Below the pieces are notes generated by a model. The model was not told the origin of the DNA and made no database searches. It was given only the letters and a program-made list of their open reading frames with translations. A stretch of 64,000 nucleotides of DNA from Candidatus Gottesmanbacteria bacterium (lineage in GTDB: Bacteria > Patescibacteriota > Microgenomatia > 2-02-FULL-39-11). The stretch lies in NCBI GenBank assembly GCA_016195685.1, contig JACPZE010000010.1:16751-80750 (forward strand), in the 5' to 3' direction. The position numbers were made by a program, and so were the translations under genes. Below, in pieces: positions 18,097-29,615 of the stretch (position 1 is the stretch's first letter; every line of letters starts with the position of its first letter).

Positions 18097-20316
18097 TTAT
18101 AATACCGGCCATGAAGAATGAATTAAAGGGCCGGCTTTATTTATGGCGAGTTGTTGTACAATTTCTTCGGTAATAAACGGCATAATAGGATGGAGAAGTT
18201 TTAAGCAGGTAACGTATATATAATGCATAATTGACAGAACAGTCTTATCATCTTTTTGTATTTTTTCTTTAGATACTTCGATGTATTTATCAGCAAATTG
18301 ATGCCAAATATATTCATAAAGTCGCTCTGATGCTTTTGCGAATTGATATTCTTCCATGTTTTTAGTGACAGATCTTGTAAGCATGCCGAGTTGGGTGAGT
18401 ATTCTTTTATCTTTAAGGGATAAATTTTTCCGATCACCAGTAGGACTAAATTCTGCAATCTGGAAACCTTTTTGAGCAAAAACCTCCATATTCAATTTGA
18501 TAAATCTACCGATATTCCAAAGTTTATTTGTGAAATTTCTCATCCCACGAATTTTATCTTCCGAAAGAGACAGATCATTTCCCGGAGCGGTTCCAAAGAT
18601 AAGTGCCATCCTAAGGGCATCAACGCTATACAAATCCACCATTTTCAAAGGATTTACTACATTTCCTTTGCTTTTACTCATTTTCACCCCTTTAGCATCG
18701 CGGACTAATCCATGCAGATAAACTGTCTTGAAAGGTACATCACCTGTGGTATAAATTCCCAACATTACCATTCGGCATACCCACCAGGGTAAAATATCGT
18801 ATCCCGTTTCCATAACAGATGTGGGGTAAAAATATTTAAAATCATCTTTGAAATGGCTTGCTTTGAGAGTAGCGAAAGGCCATTGCCCAGAAGAAAACCA
18901 AGTGTCAAAAGTATCAGTATCCTGTAGCAAGTCGGACCCATGACATTTTGGGCATTCTTGCGGGGATTCTCCTTTTGTCACAATCCATTCTTCACTATTT
19001 TCTTTACTGCAGCCCAGACATTTCCATGCCGGAATTCTTATACCCCATACAATTTGACGACTTATATTCCAATCATGAAAATTAGTTAACCATTGGATAG
19101 CAATTTTTTCAAACCTTTTCGGTACAAATGTAATTCGCTTTTTCTTTATTGCCAAGATTGCTTTTTGAGAAAGAGGCTTTATCTTGATATACCATTGAGA
19201 CATTGGTAAAGGTTCGAGTACTGTTGATGATTTATAACAAGTAGCAATGCGGTGTGTATAATTTTCATCTACTTTTACTAGTAATCCATCAGCTTTCAGA
19301 TCTTCTACCATTAGAGTTCTTGCTTCTATCACTTTTTTTCCGTGGTATTTTATTGCTCGATCCATATATTTTTGTTCTACATTTTTCTTCTTCATAAACC
19401 AGGAAAAATCCATGCGTCCTTTGAAATCTATGATTGGAGTAACTGGTAAATTATATTTTTTACCCAATTCAAAATCATGAGGATCGTGAGCTGGAGTCAC
19501 TTTCATAATGCCTGTACCGAATTTCGGATCTACTTCCTCATCGGCAATTATAGCCATCTTAACTGTTCCAAGCAGTCCTTGAATATCAAAAGTTTTTCCT
19601 AAGTAATCTTTATAACGTTTATCTTTTGGATTAACTGCTAAAGCGGTATCACGAAATTTAGTCTCTGGACGCACAGTAGCAATAGTAAAAGGTCCATATT
19701 TCATAAAATATAAGGGATCTTTTCTCTCGATATAGTTTACTTCCAAATCAGAAAAACCAGTGCCGCACTTCGTACAATAATTCACTAGTCGTAGCCCCCG
19801 ATAAACTAATCCATCGTCATAGAGTTTTTTAAAAGTTTGGTAAACTGTGGAAACTATTTTAGGATCCAATGTAAAAATATTCCGGGACCAATCTAGTGAG
19901 AATCCTAATGCCCGTAGCTGATGTTCCATGTTGCCGCGATTTTTCTGTACAAAATCCCAAATCATTTGGTAGAGAGTATCTCTGGGATAATCGAAACGAC
20001 TTTTTCCTTCTTTTAATAGATGTTTTTCAAAGACGTATTGAGTTTCAAATCCAGCATGATCAGCTCCGGGAAGCCAAAGTGTAGAATCTCCTTTCATCCG
20101 ATGGTATCGGATCATGACGTCTTCAATCACATACATGGCATGTCCCATATGCAAGTCTGCATTTGCATTGGGAGGAGGAAGTATTACGGTAAAAGCCTGC
20201 CTGCCGGCAGGCAGGGTTTTTTTGTTAGGATCGACTTTTGGTGCAAAATAACCCTCTTTTTCCCAAAGCGCATACCATTTTTTTTCTATATCCTGGTGTT
20301 TATAAACTTTGTCCAT
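18097..20316 (-). CDS. valS: Valine--tRNA ligase (short, lacks C-terminal coiled coil)
   Basis: PPPN...HMGH, WLPG.DHAG, DW.ISRQ..WG, DTWFSS, KMSKS; start placed at MDKVY. Confidence 0.95.
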   Translation of the reverse strand: MDKVYKHQDIEKKWYALWEKEGYFAPKVDPNKKTLPAGRQAFTVILPPPNANADLHMGHAMYVIEDVMIRYHRMKGDSTLWLPGADHAGFETQYVFEKHLLKEGKSRFDYPRDTLYQMIWDFVQKNRGNMEHQLRALGFSLDWSRNIFTLDPKIVSTVYQTFKKLYDDGLVYRGLRLVNYCTKCGTGFSDLEVNYIERKDPLYFMKYGPFTIATVRPETKFRDTALAVNPKDKRYKDYLGKTFDIQGLLGTVKMAIIADEEVDPKFGTGIMKVTPAHDPHDFELGKKYNLPVTPIIDFKGRMDFSWFMKKKNVEQKYMDRAIKYHGKKVIEARTLMVEDLKADGLLVKVDENYTHRIATCYKSSTVLEPLPMSQWYIKIKPLSQKAILAIKKKRITFVPKRFEKIAIQWLTNFHDWNISRQIVWGIRIPAWKCLGCSKENSEEWIVTKGESPQECPKCHGSDLLQDTDTFDTWFSSGQWPFATLKASHFKDDFKYFYPTSVMETGYDILPWWVCRMVMLGIYTTGDVPFKTVYLHGLVRDAKGVKMSKSKGNVVNPLKMVDLYSVDALRMALIFGTAPGNDLSLSEDKIRGMRNFTNKLWNIGRFIKLNMEVFAQKGFQIAEFSPTGDRKNLSLKDKRILTQLGMLTRSVTKNMEEYQFAKASERLYEYIWHQFADKYIEVSKEKIQKDDKTVLSIMHYIYVTCLKLLHPIMPFITEEIVQQLAINKAGPLIHSSWPVL
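20196..20215. repeat. Perfect 20-bp palindrome inside valS encoding LPAGRQ
   Basis: CCTGCCTGCCGGCAGGCAGG. Confidence 0.85.
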
Positions 20317-20346
20317 AAGATTTAGCCTATTATATCGGGTCAATCT

Positions 20347-21396
20347 CTACACTTCAACAGTAAGATCCGGCTGAGCATTTATTTGATTCCAAGGTACGGG
20401 AATATTATGAAAATATGCAAAGCTGCCGATATATGCAGCATTGTCAGTGCAAAGAAAAGGAGGAGGGATATGAAGATCAATTTTAAATTTTAAATTTTCA
20501 ATTTTAAATTTGAATTTTTCGGAGAGTTTTTTATTAGCAGCCACTCCACCACCTAAAAGAATAGAGTTTATTTTATATTTTATTGCTGCATCTAGTGTTT
20601 TTTTAATCAGAACATCAGTAATTGATTCCTGGATTTCGTAAGCTAATTGTGAAATTGTTTCATTGTTAAATTGTTTCATTATTTTCAGTCTGTTAATTTC
20701 TTTCATTACGGCAGTTTTTAATCCTGAAAATGAAAAATTTAGATCTTTTGAGCTTATCATTGGCCGTGGTAATTTGATAATTTGAAATTTGAAATTTGAA
20801 ATTTGAAATTTCGCAGCCGTGGCTGCGATAGCTGGACCTCCAGGATAGCCTAATCCTAAAACTCTTGCTGTTTTATCGAATGCTTCTCCTGCCGCATCGT
20901 CTAATGTACCCCCCAACCATTTTATTTTTTTGTGGCTATGCATAAGAAAAAGTTCTGTATGACCTCCTGAAACTACCAGTGCAATTGCAGGAAATGTTGG
21001 AAGTATCGGTGCATCAAGCCAGTTGGCATATATATGCGCAAAAATATGATTTACCGGAATCAGGGGCTTGCCGGTAACAAATGCAACTGTTTTTGCAGTC
21101 TCAACTCCGATTAGTAGAGAACCGTTAAGACCGGGACCAATAGTGACAGCAAGAGCATCAATGTTATTCATCGTTAATTGCTTGCCCTGGGTAGAGGCGA
21201 AGGGTTGCATTACCTCTCGGATCACAGGAATGATATATCGGATTTGTTCTCGGGCAGCCACTTCTGGGATGATCCCGCCGGTTTTATCATGGAGTTCTTT
21301 GGATGAAGCAACGACGTTTGACAAAACCTTTGTACCATCTTCAATAATTGCAGCAGCTGTTTCATCAGCGCTGGTTTCTATAGAGAGTATATTCAT
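20347..21396 (-). CDS. tsaD: tRNA N6-adenosine threonylcarbamoyltransferase
   Basis: IETS.DET, GPGL.GSL, NH..AH, VSGGHT, DDAAGEAFDK, GGVAAN, CTDNAA. Confidence 0.95.
   Translation of the reverse strand: MNILSIETSADETAAAIIEDGTKVLSNVVASSKELHDKTGGIIPEVAAREQIRYIIPVIREVMQPFASTQGKQLTMNNIDALAVTIGPGLNGSLLIGVETAKTVAFVTGKPLIPVNHIFAHIYANWLDAPILPTFPAIALVVSGGHTELFLMHSHKKIKWLGGTLDDAAGEAFDKTARVLGLGYPGGPAIAATAAKFQISNFKFQIIKLPRPMISSKDLNFSFSGLKTAVMKEINRLKIMKQFNNETISQLAYEIQESITDVLIKKTLDAAIKYKINSILLGGGVAANKKLSEKFKFKIENLKFKIDLHIPPPFLCTDNAAYIGSFAYFHNIPVPWNQINAQPDLTVEV
20779..20806. repeat. (AATTTGA)x4 perfect heptamer repeat within tsaD
   Basis: Read directly; encodes part of KFQISNFKFQI. Confidence 0.85.
21185..21204. 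repeat. Short imperfect palindromic element within tsaD
   Basis: CCCTGGGTAGAGGCGAAGGG, encodes PFASTQG; related to 3535-3553. Confidence 0.55.
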
Positions 21397-21875
21397 TATT
21401 CTATTCCCAGTAATTTTGCCAATTGGGAAGAAGAAAAAGTTTTTGTAAAAGGTATAATTTTTAGTTTACCTCCAACCATTTTTACCTGGTTTTTTTTCTT
21501 TGTCAAAATTGGATCATTTTCTGTGACAGCAATAAAATCAGGTTTGATTTGAGATACTAACTTGTCATAATCACCATCTTTTGTAACCGGAGGCATCATA
21601 AGTACAAAGTCGACGTATTTAATGCTCGAGAGAACTTCTGCTCTTTCTTCTTGAGGAAAATAAGGTCGATTTTGCCCTTTAATCTTTTTGACTGTTTCAT
21701 CACTTTCAAGTAGTAGGAAAAGGCAGCCGCCTTTTTTTTTTGCTTCCTTTAGAAATTTGATATGACCAACATGTACAATATCAAAACATCCACCGACCAG
21801 TACTATTTTTTTGTCGGATTCTCTTACTTTTGTAATTTCTTGCTGTAATGATTCCAAAGTGATAATTTTACCCAT
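21396..21875 (-). CDS. Cytidylyltransferase/adenylyltransferase family protein (RfaE/TagD/RibL-like)
   Basis: GGCFDIVHVGH, KG.NRP....ERAE, SSS motif. Confidence 0.85.
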   Translation of the reverse strand: MGKIITLESLQQEITKVRESDKKIVLVGGCFDIVHVGHIKFLKEAKKKGGCLFLLLESDETVKKIKGQNRPYFPQEERAEVLSSIKYVDFVLMMPPVTKDGDYDKLVSQIKPDFIAVTENDPILTKKKNQVKMVGGKLKIIPFTKTFSSSQLAKLLGIE

Positions 21876-21922
21876 ATATTCAGATGATTATATTACATTA
21901 GACGGATAGTAACAGCAAAGGA

Positions 21923-23347
21923 TTAAACTTTTGTTCCCCGTAAATATACTGCTTGCCAGGGTTGGAAATTAGAAAAGAAGGTATCTTTAGTTGTGATAAC
22001 GCCGTTTTTCTCGACCTTATAATCAAAGGTAGTTTTTGCTCCCCAAGCGCTCCAGTCTACTTGTTTTACGACACCCACAGGTAAAGTTGGATCATCCTGG
22101 TAAAGGTCAGATGGGGGCGGAGATTGGGATAAAATAACAGGTTTGGTCATAGTGACTTTTCTGTCATCGCGAGTTCCATATAAATCAAAAACTAAAGAGA
22201 GACTATTTAAATCAGTTTTGGCTTGAATGAGGATATAATTTGATGTGTCATTTTTAAATTTCAAATCATAAGATGGAGCAAATACTGTAGCATCAATCCC
22301 CACAGGGGATTCTTCCTCATAATAATGTACGCGGTATGCATGTGCGTGTCTTTCAACTATTGGAAGCCCGGTATTTAAAACGGCTCTAAAGAGAGTCGTA
22401 GACACCTGACAAACTCCTCCACCATCACCAAGAACAGTTCTACCCTCTTTAATTATATAAGCCGGTTGAAAACCAGTAGCAGCAGAGATATCTCCTAATG
22501 TATCGTTAAATGAAAAACTTTCCCCCGGCGGTATTAGATGTCCATTGATTCGCGAAGCAGCCAAATCTACATTGTGAATTCTACCAGGTATGGATCCATG
22601 AAATTTTGAAGATCCGCTGCCGATAAGTTCTTTTATACCGAAGGTATTTGAATCTTCAGTTTTTATTTTGGGTGTAATTTCGGTAATAGGCAAGTTAATT
22701 GTGAATTCTTTCGGGCCAGAACTGTCATTGGCAGTTAGTGAATTTATATAAGAATAGGCGACTTGTTTTGCAGCAGTTTTGTCCACAGCTCTTCCTGATT
22801 TGGAGAGTCTGAAGAGAGTTACTTTTCCTTTTTCAAATTGGAAGAGTGCATCTTGTTCAGGATCATCAATGCTCTGGGATAAATTCTTTATGGTTTCATC
22901 CAAAAGGTCATTATCCATTTTCAGTACACTCGGCAAATTAATTCCGGTAGTTGCCGCTCGCCATTTTTGATATGTGTCAGAAATGAAATGCCCAGACCTA
23001 CCGATAGAATAAGCTTGGGCCGCAGACAATTTTCCGTCATATGAAATCTCCAGATCTTGTCCGGATACAGTAGCAATTTTATCTTCGAAATTAAAAATCA
23101 ATTTTAGTCCAGAAAAGATAAGACTTTTGTTGGCGAAATATTTTTCGATATATTCCTGATTCTTACCCCCAAACGAAACACCGTCGACTCTTATTCCAGG
23201 ATATATTTTATCGCTGTAGTTCTTTTCATGTTGATATATGAGAATAATAATTAAGAGTAAAGAAGCCGTGAATATCCCAACGAAAAAATAAATTATAGAG
23301 AAAAAATTAATTTTCTTTGCGAGTGGAGATTTTTTTTCCTTGACCAT
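21923..23347 (-). CDS. VanW family protein with peptidoglycan-binding repeats
   Basis: I.PGE.FSFN, GGGVCQVSTTL, ER.AH.Y, G.DATV, DLKF.N. Confidence 0.9.
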   Translation of the reverse strand: MVKEKKSPLAKKINFFSIIYFFVGIFTASLLLIIILIYQHEKNYSDKIYPGIRVDGVSFGGKNQEYIEKYFANKSLIFSGLKLIFNFEDKIATVSGQDLEISYDGKLSAAQAYSIGRSGHFISDTYQKWRAATTGINLPSVLKMDNDLLDETIKNLSQSIDDPEQDALFQFEKGKVTLFRLSKSGRAVDKTAAKQVAYSYINSLTANDSSGPKEFTINLPITEITPKIKTEDSNTFGIKELIGSGSSKFHGSIPGRIHNVDLAASRINGHLIPPGESFSFNDTLGDISAATGFQPAYIIKEGRTVLGDGGGVCQVSTTLFRAVLNTGLPIVERHAHAYRVHYYEEESPVGIDATVFAPSYDLKFKNDTSNYILIQAKTDLNSLSLVFDLYGTRDDRKVTMTKPVILSQSPPPSDLYQDDPTLPVGVVKQVDWSAWGAKTTFDYKVEKNGVITTKDTFFSNFQPWQAVYLRGTKV

Positions 23348-23377
23348 GGGTATATCTTGGGTTTACTATAACATAAG

Positions 23378-25015
23378 ATGGATAATATACCAAAGGAAAA
23401 AAATCAAGATCAAAGTCAATCAACAGGAGACATATTTTCTAACAATCCTTCTGAATCAGCTTATCAAGAGGCTACTGCTACTCCTGAGACAGAAAGTAAT
23501 GTGTCTGCACAGGTATATCAAGAAAATCAAACTCAAGTGCCACAAGAGGTACCAATCGGCGAAAACCAGTCTGATGGAGGTAGTGCTCCTCCACCTCCAT
23601 ATACTGAAGATAATAAGAAAAAGAAGCTTATTTTTTTCGCAATTGCTGGAGTAATAATTTTGATAATCTTTCTGGTTTTCAGTTTACTAGTTAAAAGTAA
23701 ACCTCAAACTCCTCAAACAATAACCTTGGATTATTGGGGATTGTGGGAAGATAAAAATATATTGCAATCAATAATTGACGAATATAAAAAGAACCACAGC
23801 AATATCAATATAAATTATATTAAGCAAGACCCTAAGCTTTATCGAGAGAGACTAGCTAAAGCAATAGACAAAGGCGAAGGACCAGATTTATTTCGCTTTC
23901 ATAATACTTGGGTTCCGATGATGAAAAGCTATTTATCTATTATGCCCAGTAATATTTATTCAGCTGATGATTTTAAAAAAATCTTTTTCCCTGTTGCAAC
24001 TGATGATCTGAAACAAAATGGGAATATTTATGGAATTCCATTGATGATCGATGGGCTTTTACTTTTTTATAATGAAGATATTTTGAAAGCAAACAATATA
24101 GCAGTTCCCAAAACTTGGGATGAAATACAGAAAATCGTGGTTCCAGGAAAATTGACTGTAGTTGAGAATGGAAAGATTGTGACTGCAGGTATAGCTTTGG
24201 GTACTGCAGAGAACATAGAGCATTTTAGTGATATTCTGGGGTTGATGTTTCTGCAAAATGGGACTAAATTGGAAAAATCATTATTTAGTTGTGCTACTTC
24301 TTCGACCGCTAATATTCTTGATTCTACTAATAGTACTAGTAATTCTTCTAGTACTACTTGTGGTACCGAGACACTTGCCTATTATCACAAATTTGCCGAA
24401 TTACCCAATAATAGTTGGGATGAGACCCTGGAAAACTCTATAGTTGCTTTTGCTGGGGGGAAAGTGGCGATTATTCTTGCGCCAAGTTGGGAAGCCTTTA
24501 CAATCAAAGAACTTTCGAAAAATTCAAACTTGAATTTCAAAACAGCCAAAGTGCCACAATTACCTTGTGATAAACAACCATGTGTTACAGTAAACTGGGC
24601 TACATATTGGGTGGAGGGAGTATCAAATAAAAGCAAATACCAAAAGGAATCATGGGAATTTTTAAAATATTTATCAGATGCAAATACCATGAGAAAACTT
24701 TATGAAAAGCAATCCGCAGCAAGAAGTCTTTTCGGGGAACCTTATTCAAGGGTAGATTTAGCCAAATCTTTATCCGATCATCCATATCTAGGACCTCTTA
24801 TAGCAGAAGCTCCAACAATGAAATCTTTCTTTTTGGCATCCCGTACTAATGACGGTGATAATGGGTTAGATACCAAATTGATCGATTATTTAAAAAACGC
24901 AGTCAACTCTCTTTCAAAAGGAGTCAGTAGTGAAACTGCATTAAAGACCGCGGACGAAGGATTTAAACAAATTTATACCCGTTGGGAACTATCTGCTGCT
25001 GCTGCCACTCAATAA
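23378..25015 (+). CDS. Extracellular solute-binding protein (sugar-binding family 1), TM anchored
   Basis: YWGLWE, GPDLF, YGIP...D.L.LFYN, PKTWDE, F..GKVA, WEFLKYL. Confidence 0.85.
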   Translation: MDNIPKEKNQDQSQSTGDIFSNNPSESAYQEATATPETESNVSAQVYQENQTQVPQEVPIGENQSDGGSAPPPPYTEDNKKKKLIFFAIAGVIILIIFLVFSLLVKSKPQTPQTITLDYWGLWEDKNILQSIIDEYKKNHSNININYIKQDPKLYRERLAKAIDKGEGPDLFRFHNTWVPMMKSYLSIMPSNIYSADDFKKIFFPVATDDLKQNGNIYGIPLMIDGLLLFYNEDILKANNIAVPKTWDEIQKIVVPGKLTVVENGKIVTAGIALGTAENIEHFSDILGLMFLQNGTKLEKSLFSCATSSTANILDSTNSTSNSSSTTCGTETLAYYHKFAELPNNSWDETLENSIVAFAGGKVAIILAPSWEAFTIKELSKNSNLNFKTAKVPQLPCDKQPCVTVNWATYWVEGVSNKSKYQKESWEFLKYLSDANTMRKLYEKQSAARSLFGEPYSRVDLAKSLSDHPYLGPLIAEAPTMKSFFLASRTNDGDNGLDTKLIDYLKNAVNSLSKGVSSETALKTADEGFKQIYTRWELSAAAATQ

Positions 25016-25019
25016 TTTT

Positions 25020-25880
25020 ATGCCTTTATCACTTCGAAAGGCGATACTATCAACCGTAAGTTATGCCGATATTTTTGACTATCCTTTAACTGCAGAAGAA
25101 ATATGGCGATGGATAATCAAATATAAGAATATAACAATGCAACAATGCAACAAAGAAATAAAAAAAAATAATCTCATTCAATTCCAAAGCGGATATTTTT
25201 TTTTAAAACACAGAAAGGAGATAATTGATTTGCGAAAGGCAAGAGAAAAATATTCACTGGAAAAATTAAAAACTGCCCAGGAAATTGCCAATCTGCTTAA
25301 ATTTATTCCCTCTGTGAAATTGGTAGGAATCACCGGAGCACTTGCTATGAATAATGCGAAGGAAGAAGATGATATCGATTTATTTATCATCACGTCCGGA
25401 AGATTGCTATGGACGACAAGATGTCTATCCACTTTACTTGTTGAAATTACAGGAAGACGTCGTCATCCAGGAGAAAGTAATATAAACAATAAAATTTGTT
25501 TAAATATGTTTGTAGATGAAGAGTATTTGGAAGTATTCAAAAAAGAACAAGATCTTTTTTCCGCTCACGAAGTTATTCAGATGAAACCTTTATTTGAACG
25601 AGATAATACCTACAAAAAATTCTTGAGAAGAAACTCATGGGTAAGAAAATATTTGTCGAATGCAACAGAAAGTATTAAGTATAAAGTATTAAGTAATAAG
25701 TCTGAGAATAAAACACCGAATTTATTAGAAAATATATTAAGACAATTTCAACTTTGGTATATGAGAAATCGTAAAACGACAGAGGTGATAAAAGAAGGAG
25801 TCATCCGTTTCCATCCACATGATGCAAGAGTATGGGTGATGCAGAAATATAGAGAGCGCTTTAAAAAATTTAAATTATAA
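25020..25880 (+). CDS. Hypothetical protein with nucleotidyltransferase-like motif
   Basis: ITGALA......DDIDLFII resembles the Pol-beta NTase motif. Confidence 0.65.
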   Translation: MPLSLRKAILSTVSYADIFDYPLTAEEIWRWIIKYKNITMQQCNKEIKKNNLIQFQSGYFFLKHRKEIIDLRKAREKYSLEKLKTAQEIANLLKFIPSVKLVGITGALAMNNAKEEDDIDLFIITSGRLLWTTRCLSTLLVEITGRRRHPGESNINNKICLNMFVDEEYLEVFKKEQDLFSAHEVIQMKPLFERDNTYKKFLRRNSWVRKYLSNATESIKYKVLSNKSENKTPNLLENILRQFQLWYMRNRKTTEVIKEGVIRFHPHDARVWVMQKYRERFKKFKL

Positions 25881-25884
25881 AAAT

Positions 25885-26436
25885 TTATTTTCGGCTGTAT
25901 AATCCAACTAATTCCGCTTCATTAATGATGTGGCTAGTTATGGTATTTTCTATATCGCTCTTTGTAGGAGCTTTTACGAAAACAGGGAGAGGAATATCTA
26001 AAGCATATAATTTGAAATAATAATGGTGAGTGCCGGATGGAGGACAAGGACCGCCGTAACCGGGCTTTCCGAAGCTAGTTTTCCCCTCAACTGCTCCAGC
26101 CGGTACAGTTTTTTCTCCGATTTCTTTTGTGTCAGGGGCAATATTCCAAACAGTCCAATGAATCCAAGTGCCCATGGGAGAATCCGGATCATCCATTATT
26201 AAAGCCAAACTTTTAGCATTTGCCGGAATATCAGAAATACTAAGCGGCGGATTTATATTTGCTCCGTCACAGGTATATTTAGATGGAATCATTTGATTAT
26301 TTGTAAATGTAGAACTAGTAAGTTTCATTTTGCCTGTTTGTAAAGATTCTTGCTGTTTATTTTTATTCAAAAATAATATCCCTCCGCCGGCTAGTAATAG
26401 AGAAATGAAAATTATGAACAAATTTCTTAAATTCAT
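25885..26436 (-). CDS. YbhB/YbcL (PEBP) family protein
   Basis: YTCDG.N..PPL, DDPD.P, HW..WNI, Y.GPCPP.G.HHY.F..YALD. Confidence 0.93.
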   Translation of the reverse strand: MNLRNLFIIFISLLLAGGGILFLNKNKQQESLQTGKMKLTSSTFTNNQMIPSKYTCDGANINPPLSISDIPANAKSLALIMDDPDSPMGTWIHWTVWNIAPDTKEIGEKTVPAGAVEGKTSFGKPGYGGPCPPSGTHHYYFKLYALDIPLPVFVKAPTKSDIENTITSHIINEAELVGLYSRK

Positions 26437-26506
26437 CACATATTTATTATATACCTGAGTTCAAAAATTGTTTATTTAGTCTAAATATCATATGATTGAT
26501 TTTTAA

Positions 26507-27403
26507 ATGGCGAATTCTACCAAAGGTATAATAGCAGTCCTTATAGCTGTTGTTATCTGGGCGAGTACTTATTCTATTTCCAAAATTGGCCTTGAAACTA
26601 TCCCCCCAATCACATTAGTACTAGCAAGGAGTATCATTGCGTGCATTTTTCTTTATATACTTATTATTAAGAATCGAGAAACTAATAACTTAGTCAAATT
26701 ATTTAAAAATTATTATAAGGAAACTTTTATTTTGGGATTAACTGGAATTTTTTTGCAAAATGGTTTATCGACTTTGGGGCTTAAGTTAGGTGCTACATCA
26801 GGTTTAGCGGCAGTGATAGTCAACTCAGCACCTTTATTTATATTAGTTCTTGCGGTATTTTATTTAGCGGAAAAATTGACTCTAAATAAAATTCTAGGGA
26901 TGTTTTTAGGTTTTATCGGGATGTTACTTATTGTTTTACCCCAAGAAGGTATCGGAGAAATATTTGCATCAAAAGTATTTTTAGGTAATTTAGTTATACT
27001 TGGTGCAGCAATTGGATGGGCAATTTATTCCGTCGCCAATAAAAAAATCTCAAAAAAGTTTAGTCCGCTTGTTTTAACATTAGGAGCATATGTGATGGCT
27101 ACTTTATTATTGATACCAACTGCTTTTATATTTGAGACTCCCAAAGTTGTATTTTCTTTAGGAATATTATCTTGGTTAATTATTTTCTATTTAGGCATTT
27201 TTGCTTCTGGAGTGGCTTTTTTATTTTGGAATTATTCAATTATTCACCTAGAAGTTTCAAAAGCGGCAGTTTATCTTTATCTTATTCCGGTACTGGCAAT
27301 TTTTACCGGTATATTTTTTCTTCACGAAACATTTACATTAATAAATTTACTGGGTACGATTTTTGTTTTAGGCGGAATTATCCTTACAGAAAGGAAGAAA
27401 TAA
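26507..27403 (+). CDS. EamA/DMT family transporter
   Basis: About 10 TM helices in two EamA repeats. Confidence 0.9.
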   Translation: MANSTKGIIAVLIAVVIWASTYSISKIGLETIPPITLVLARSIIACIFLYILIIKNRETNNLVKLFKNYYKETFILGLTGIFLQNGLSTLGLKLGATSGLAAVIVNSAPLFILVLAVFYLAEKLTLNKILGMFLGFIGMLLIVLPQEGIGEIFASKVFLGNLVILGAAIGWAIYSVANKKISKKFSPLVLTLGAYVMATLLLIPTAFIFETPKVVFSLGILSWLIIFYLGIFASGVAFLFWNYSIIHLEVSKAAVYLYLIPVLAIFTGIFFLHETFTLINLLGTIFVLGGIILTERKK

Positions 27404-27412
27404 ACTCCCCCC

Positions 27413-27466
27413 TTGACAAGTTTTTTTTCACTGGTTAAAATAGCAGTCAACAAAGATTAGTGCCAA
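27413..27466 (+). promoter_or_regulatory. groESL promoter with CIRCE operator
   Basis: TTGACA-17-TAAAAT; ATAGCAGTC-N9-TAGTGCCAA at 27440-27466 resembles the CIRCE consensus. Confidence 0.85.
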
Positions 27467-27546
27467 TTGAATAGAACTTTGCCCATCGAAACTTTCTATT
27501 TAGCTTTTTCGGGATTATTCATTAATTATTTTTAAAGGAGGTTCAT

Positions 27547-27852
27547 ATGGTGATTAAATCAAATTCTGTAAAACCATTATTCGATAATGTTCTCATAAAG
27601 CCCCTTGAAGGAGAGACGAAAACAGCGGGAGGAATTCTTCTTCCAGAAACCGCCAAAGAAAAACCCCAGATGGGAAAAATTATGGCAGTCGGACCGGGCG
27701 GAGTCAGTGATGATGGTAAAACAGTCCCGATGATGGTTAAAGTCGGTCAGACGGTTATGTATAAAAAATGGGGTGGTAATGAACTTAAAGTAGATGGAGA
27801 AGAATGGTTACTCGTTGAACAAAAAGATATTTTGGCAATTATTTCTACGTAA
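27547..27852 (+). CDS. groES: Co-chaperonin GroES
   Basis: KPL.D.VL, TAGGI.LP.TAKEKP, AVGPG. Confidence 0.97.
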   Translation: MVIKSNSVKPLFDNVLIKPLEGETKTAGGILLPETAKEKPQMGKIMAVGPGGVSDDGKTVPMMVKVGQTVMYKKWGGNELKVDGEEWLLVEQKDILAIIST

Positions 27853-27875
27853 ATTACAAATTACCTTATCTCTGA

Positions 27876-29528
<1,653 letters not shown>

Positions 29529-29549
29529 ATTAATCAATTTAAAAAATTC

Positions 29550-29577
29550 AAAAGCCCCGAGCGCGCTCGGGGCTTTT
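29550..29577. terminator. Bidirectional-type intrinsic terminator after groEL
   Basis: Perfect palindrome AAAAGCCCCGAGCGCGCTCGGGGCTTTT. Confidence 0.9.
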
Positions 29578-29615
29578 ATATTGAAAAATAGCATCCAGGG
29601 TGGTATATTAAAACA

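Noticed and set aside
24320-24360. ACTA/TAGT-rich low-complexity stretch
   Set aside because: Explained by a Ser/Thr/Asn linker in the solute-binding protein
29550-29577. 28-bp perfect palindrome as a mobile or REP element
   Set aside because: Position after groEL with A/T flanks fits an ordinary intrinsic terminator
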